Positions 38,236 through 41,685 of a stretch of DNA of 41,685 nt are shown here, one piece after another. How positions within the stretch are numbered: position 1 is the stretch's first letter; each line of letters opens with the position of its first letter. The DNA lies in NCBI GenBank assembly GCA_034666445.1, contig JAXDLV010000068.1, positions 1 through 41,685 of the forward strand. Direction: 5' to 3'. Below the pieces are notes generated by a model, which saw nothing but the letters and a program-made list of their open reading frames with translations, ran no database searches and was not told the DNA's origin. Both the position numbers and the translations under genes were made by a program. Origin of the DNA: Chloroflexota bacterium. Its GTDB lineage: Bacteria; Chloroflexota; Dormibacteria; DASZGP01.

Positions 38236-40784
38236 CACTCGTACCTCAGGCTGCCGACAACGGATGCGCGCGATGCCCGCCGCGCCGGGACGATCACCGC
38301 CAAAAGGCTCCCCGCAACCGCCACCAGGAGGACGCCGACGATCACGTTCCAGGGCACCACGTAGGCGGGCTGGAAGCCGAGGCTGGAGCCGGCCCGCACC
38401 ATCACCGCCACCAGGAGGAGGCCGACGCCGGTGCCCAGCAGGGCGCCGAACAGGCCGAACAGGCCCGACTCGGCGAGGATCATGTTGCGCACCTGGCCGC
38501 GGGTGGCGCCGACAGCGCGGAGCAGGGCCAGCTCGTGGCTGGACTCGCTGACGTTGAGCAGGATGGTGGTGACCACCGACAGCAGGCCGAGGATGACGCC
38601 GGTCAGGCCAAGCGCGCTCATCAGGAGCAGCAGGGAGTTGAGCCCCCGCTCCACCCCGGCGCGGACGTCGGCGACGGACTCCACCTGCATACCGTACTTC
38701 TCCGCGGCGCCCTTGAGGTCGGCGTCGAAGCCGGCCGGCACGGGACGCTCGGTGACCACCTGGAGGATGTTGAAGCCGTCCAGGCCGAAGTCCTGGCGCG
38801 CGTTGCTGAGGGAGATGACCACCGACTCGTCGCCCGCCGGGGAGGGCAGGCTGTGGGCGACGATGGCCGCGACGCGGTACTGCAGGTCCGCGCGGGAGCC
38901 GGTCAGGCCGATGCTGTCACCGACGTGGAGGTTCCGCGCCGACGCGACCCGGGTGGGCAGGAACACGGCGCGGCTGCCCTCCAGCTGGGTGTAGGGACTG
39001 GCGCCCCCGCCGTCGAGGAACTGCAGCCGCGACCCCGCGGCGTAGTCAAGCGGGTTGATCGCCACCAGGTTCACCGCCCGGTCGTCGGACTTCACAGCGA
39101 TGAAGCTGATCGGCGATGTCGCGGTAACGCCCTTGGTCCTGGCGATGTCTTGGCGGATCGCCTCGGTCTGGTGCACGGGCGACACCACCAGCCGGTCGGA
39201 CACGAAGATGCTGTCGACCCAGCCCTGGCCGGCTCCCAGCGCGCCCTGGCTCAGCCCCGACACGCCAATCACCAGCGCGGTGCTCACCAGCAGCCCGGCG
39301 ATCGTCAGGGCGCTGCGGTTGGGCCGCCGCAGGATGCTGTTGCGCGCCAGCCGGGTCTCCACCGGCGCCACCAGCTGGAAGGGCCGGCTGAGGACCCAGG
39401 TCACCGGCCGCACCAGCACGGGGGTGATGGCGACCACGCCCAGGAACACCAGCACCGTCCCCGCCGCGGTCAGCGCCAGCCGGCTGCCGCTGAGGCCGGA
39501 CTGGGAGAGGCCGGCGCGGAAGGCGGCGAGGAGCAGCCCGAGCCCCACCAGCAGCGCGCCGCCGCCCAGGAGGCTGACCCGGCGCTGGCTGCGCTCCACA
39601 GTGAACTGACCCTGCGGCCTGATCGCCTCCAGCGGCGGCACCGCCATCGCGCGGGTCGCGGGGAACACCGCCATGATCACCGTCGCCACCAGGCCGAGCA
39701 CCGCCACCAGCGCGGTGTAGCCGGGGTCGAACACGAAGGCCAGCCCAGGCTGGTCGCTGACGCCGCGCAGGTAGCCGATCAGCTCAACCGCCAGCAGCAC
39801 CCCGAGGCCGATGCCCAGCACCGTCCCGATGGCGCCCAGGATGCCGGCCTGGAGCAGGAAGAGGTTGCGGATCCAGCCCGGGGTGGCTCCCGCGGCCCGC
39901 AGCAGGCCGATCTCCCGGCGCCGCTCCTGCACGGTGACCGCGAGGTTGTTGTAGATCAGGAAGAGGCCGATGCCCAGCGCCAGCAGGGCGAAGAACACCA
40001 GCACCGGCTGTATCTCCAGGTAGGGGTCGCTCTGGCCGCCGACAAACGCGTGGTTGTCGCGCACCGAGTACTCCTCGATGGCCTGCTCGCGGAGGTGCTG
40101 GCGGAAGGGGCCGTAGGTGCAGGCGTCGTAGCTGCCCTCGCAGGTCGAGTGCAGGCCGGTGCTGACCTGCGTCACCCGCGAGCCGAGGTTGAACGCCTTC
40201 TGCGCCTGCGCCAGCGACACGAAGATCACCGCGCCGAACGACGACTGCGAGAACGCGGTGTTGCTGAGCAGGCCCTTCACGGTGTACTCGTCGGGGCCGG
40301 TGGTGGTGAAGAGGGTGATCTTGCTGCCGACGCCGAGCCTGTTATCGCCGGCCCACTTCTCGTCAAGCAGCACGGTGCCCTTGTCGGTGGCGGACAGGCC
40401 GTCGCCCTTCGCGACGGTGAACGGGTGCAGCTTCTGCTCCGCCTCGGGGTCGACACCCAGCATCTGGAAGGTCGTGGAGCGCCCGTCGACCAGGCCGGTG
40501 AGCCGCTTGGAGACCACGGGGGCCGCGGTGGTCACCTCGGGCAGCTTCCGGACGAGGTCCACCATCGCCGGGCTGAAGCCGGTGTCGGAGAAGGCAAACA
40601 CCTCGGCGTCAGCGCTGCCGATCAGGTCGGTGGCAGCCTGGCGCAGCTCGGCGCGCAGGGCCAGGGACGAGAGCTGGGTGCCCAGGATGAGGCCCACCCC
40701 CAGCGCCACCGCCAGGACGGTGAGCAGGGAGCGCTCGGCCCTAGAGGCCGAGTTGCGCCAGGCGAGAGATAAGAGGAGCGGCAC
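38235..40784 (-). CDS. ABC transporter permease with two FtsX-type domains (MacB/YbbP-like)
   Basis: Two repeats of TM + large extracytoplasmic domain + 3 TMs, with an N-terminus LSLAWRNSASRAERSLLTVLAVALGVG typical of this family. Start set at GTG 40784 (the track's 40832 is also possible). Confidence 0.85.
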   Translation of the reverse strand: MPLLLSLAWRNSASRAERSLLTVLAVALGVGLILGTQLSSLALRAELRQAATDLIGSADAEVFAFSDTGFSPAMVDLVRKLPEVTTAAPVVSKRLTGLVDGRSTTFQMLGVDPEAEQKLHPFTVAKGDGLSATDKGTVLLDEKWAGDNRLGVGSKITLFTTTGPDEYTVKGLLSNTAFSQSSFGAVIFVSLAQAQKAFNLGSRVTQVSTGLHSTCEGSYDACTYGPFRQHLREQAIEEYSVRDNHAFVGGQSDPYLEIQPVLVFFALLALGIGLFLIYNNLAVTVQERRREIGLLRAAGATPGWIRNLFLLQAGILGAIGTVLGIGLGVLLAVELIGYLRGVSDQPGLAFVFDPGYTALVAVLGLVATVIMAVFPATRAMAVPPLEAIRPQGQFTVERSQRRVSLLGGGALLVGLGLLLAAFRAGLSQSGLSGSRLALTAAGTVLVFLGVVAITPVLVRPVTWVLSRPFQLVAPVETRLARNSILRRPNRSALTIAGLLVSTALVIGVSGLSQGALGAGQGWVDSIFVSDRLVVSPVHQTEAIRQDIARTKGVTATSPISFIAVKSDDRAVNLVAINPLDYAAGSRLQFLDGGGASPYTQLEGSRAVFLPTRVASARNLHVGDSIGLTGSRADLQYRVAAIVAHSLPSPAGDESVVISLSNARQDFGLDGFNILQVVTERPVPAGFDADLKGAAEKYGMQVESVADVRAGVERGLNSLLLLMSALGLTGVILGLLSVVTTILLNVSESSHELALLRAVGATRGQVRNMILAESGLFGLFGALLGTGVGLLLVAVMVRAGSSLGFQPAYVVPWNVIVGVLLVAVAGSLLAVIVPARRASRASVVGSLRYE

Positions 40785-41553
40785 TGTGGTCCTGTCGGCG
40801 GCCGAGGTTGACGGTCTCGATGACCCGGCCATCTCGCATCACCATGACGCGGTCGGCGTAGGCGGCCGCCCGGGCATCGTGGGTGGCAAGGATCGCGGTC
40901 TGGCCGTCGTTGGCGCAGTGCGACCACAGCAGCTCGAGCACCTCGAGGCCGGTCTTGTAGTCCAGGTTGCCTGTGGGCTCGTCCGCCATCACGATGGCCG
41001 GCTTCATCAGCAGCGCCCGGGCGATCGCCACCCGCTGCTGCTCACCACCGGAGATCTCCTCCGGGCGGTGGCCCTGGAGGCCGCGGAGGTTGAGGTCGCG
41101 CATCAGGTCGGAGACCCGGTCGAACGCGCCCGACCGGGCGCCCGCGATCCGCAGCGGCAGGGAGATGTTCTCCGCGGCGGTCAGGTTGGGCACGAGGTTG
41201 AAGAACTGGAAGACGAACCCGATCTTCTCCCGCCGGAAGATCGTGCGGCCGTGCTCACTCATCGCGGTGATGTCCTCACCCTCGACCAGGACGCGCCCCG
41301 AGTCCGGTGGCTCGAGCCCGCCGAGGAGGTGGAGCAGCGTGCTCTTGCCGCAGCCCGACGGCCCCATCAGCGCCACCAGCTCGCCGCGGTGGATCGAGAA
41401 GCTCACCTTGTCCACGACGACGTGGGGGTTGGTGGAGATGCGGTAGGTCTTGGTCAGCCCGTCGGCGACGAGGATCTCGGACCCGGACGGGGTCATCGGG
41501 GACGGGCTGGAGTTGGTCTCCTCAGCCGGGGTCCCGTTGATGACCTCAGACAT
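40741..41553 (-). CDS. ABC transporter ATP-binding protein (MacB/LolD-type)
   Basis: [36 protein letters not shown] and ILATHD. Confidence 0.9.
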   Translation of the reverse strand: MSEVINGTPAEETNSSPSPMTPSGSEILVADGLTKTYRISTNPHVVVDKVSFSIHRGELVALMGPSGCGKSTLLHLLGGLEPPDSGRVLVEGEDITAMSEHGRTIFRREKIGFVFQFFNLVPNLTAAENISLPLRIAGARSGAFDRVSDLMRDLNLRGLQGHRPEEISGGEQQRVAIARALLMKPAIVMADEPTGNLDYKTGLEVLELLWSHCANDGQTAILATHDARAAAYADRVMVMRDGRVIETVNLGRRQDHSAAPLISRLAQLGL

Positions 41554-41685
41554 TCAGGAACAGTCTAAGGACCTGGTCGACGACGCTCTCCAGCAGCCCC
41601 TGGGGACCCTGCTCGCGGTCCGTGCCGACCACCTCGTTGCCGTTCCCCCCGGAGCCCGAGGTGTCGGCGCTGGGCGAGGGGCTGG
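41546..41685 (-). CDS. 3' end of an upstream gene (partial; product unknown)
   Basis: A minus-frame ORF is open from the window edge: ...SPSPSADTSGSGGNGNEVVGTDREQGPQGLLESVVDQVLRLFLNV, with stop TGA 41548-41546. It has high GC3 and overlaps the ATPase start by 8 nt (ATGTCTGA). It is absent from the ORF track because no start is in the window. Confidence 0.35.
   Translation of the reverse strand, partial: SPSPSADTSGSGGNGNEVVGTDREQGPQGLLESVVDQVLRLFLNV

Overview
Gene-dense, very GC-rich (by eye about 70%) bacterial chromosomal window. The synteny is housekeeping and Terrabacteria-like (hpf-secA-prfB ... ftsE-ftsX-M23-ctpA). I support 36 protein-coding genes (one truncated at base 1, one running off the right edge) and 3 tRNAs: Gly-GCC, plus Val-TAC and Phe-GAA in tandem. 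I see no rRNA, CRISPR array, transposase, integrase, phage genes or recognisable defence system.

Left to right:
- YdeI-like protein and tRNA-Gly.
- A minus-strand string of LigD polymerase domain, PPK2 and a GH5 lipoprotein.
- A coiled-coil M23 peptidase, two small unknowns and a COG4315-type lipoprotein.
- An MrfA/MrfB-like (YprA/YprB) helicase-exonuclease pair.
- Sortase plus sulfotransferase, divergent from a CYTH protein.
- A 639-bp gene-free gap.
- infA, aminopeptidase and isocitrate dehydrogenase.
- The lpdA-E1alpha-E1beta-E2-lipA 2-oxoacid dehydrogenase operon.
- ftsE-ftsX-M23-ctpA.
- prfB (programmed +1 frameshift, missed by the ORF track), secA, hpf and a MacB-type ABC transporter.

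Five large polytopic GT-C-like membrane proteins are scattered among these genes. Many long ORFs in the six-frame track are antisense or alternate-frame shadows of real genes, as expected in high-GC DNA. Several track ORFs also carry spurious 5' extensions, which I trimmed.

The one element I cannot explain with known feature classes is the convergent intergenic gap. Positions 12473-13095 form a 623-bp diverged foldback made of two inverted ~300-nt copies. Each copy has its own long stem that stays complementary although its sequence differs between copies. This is my best candidate for something undescribed (paired structured ncRNAs or a foldback element). The rest is ordinary core genome with a few annotation-level curiosities. 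All alignments and counts were done by hand and need computational confirmation.
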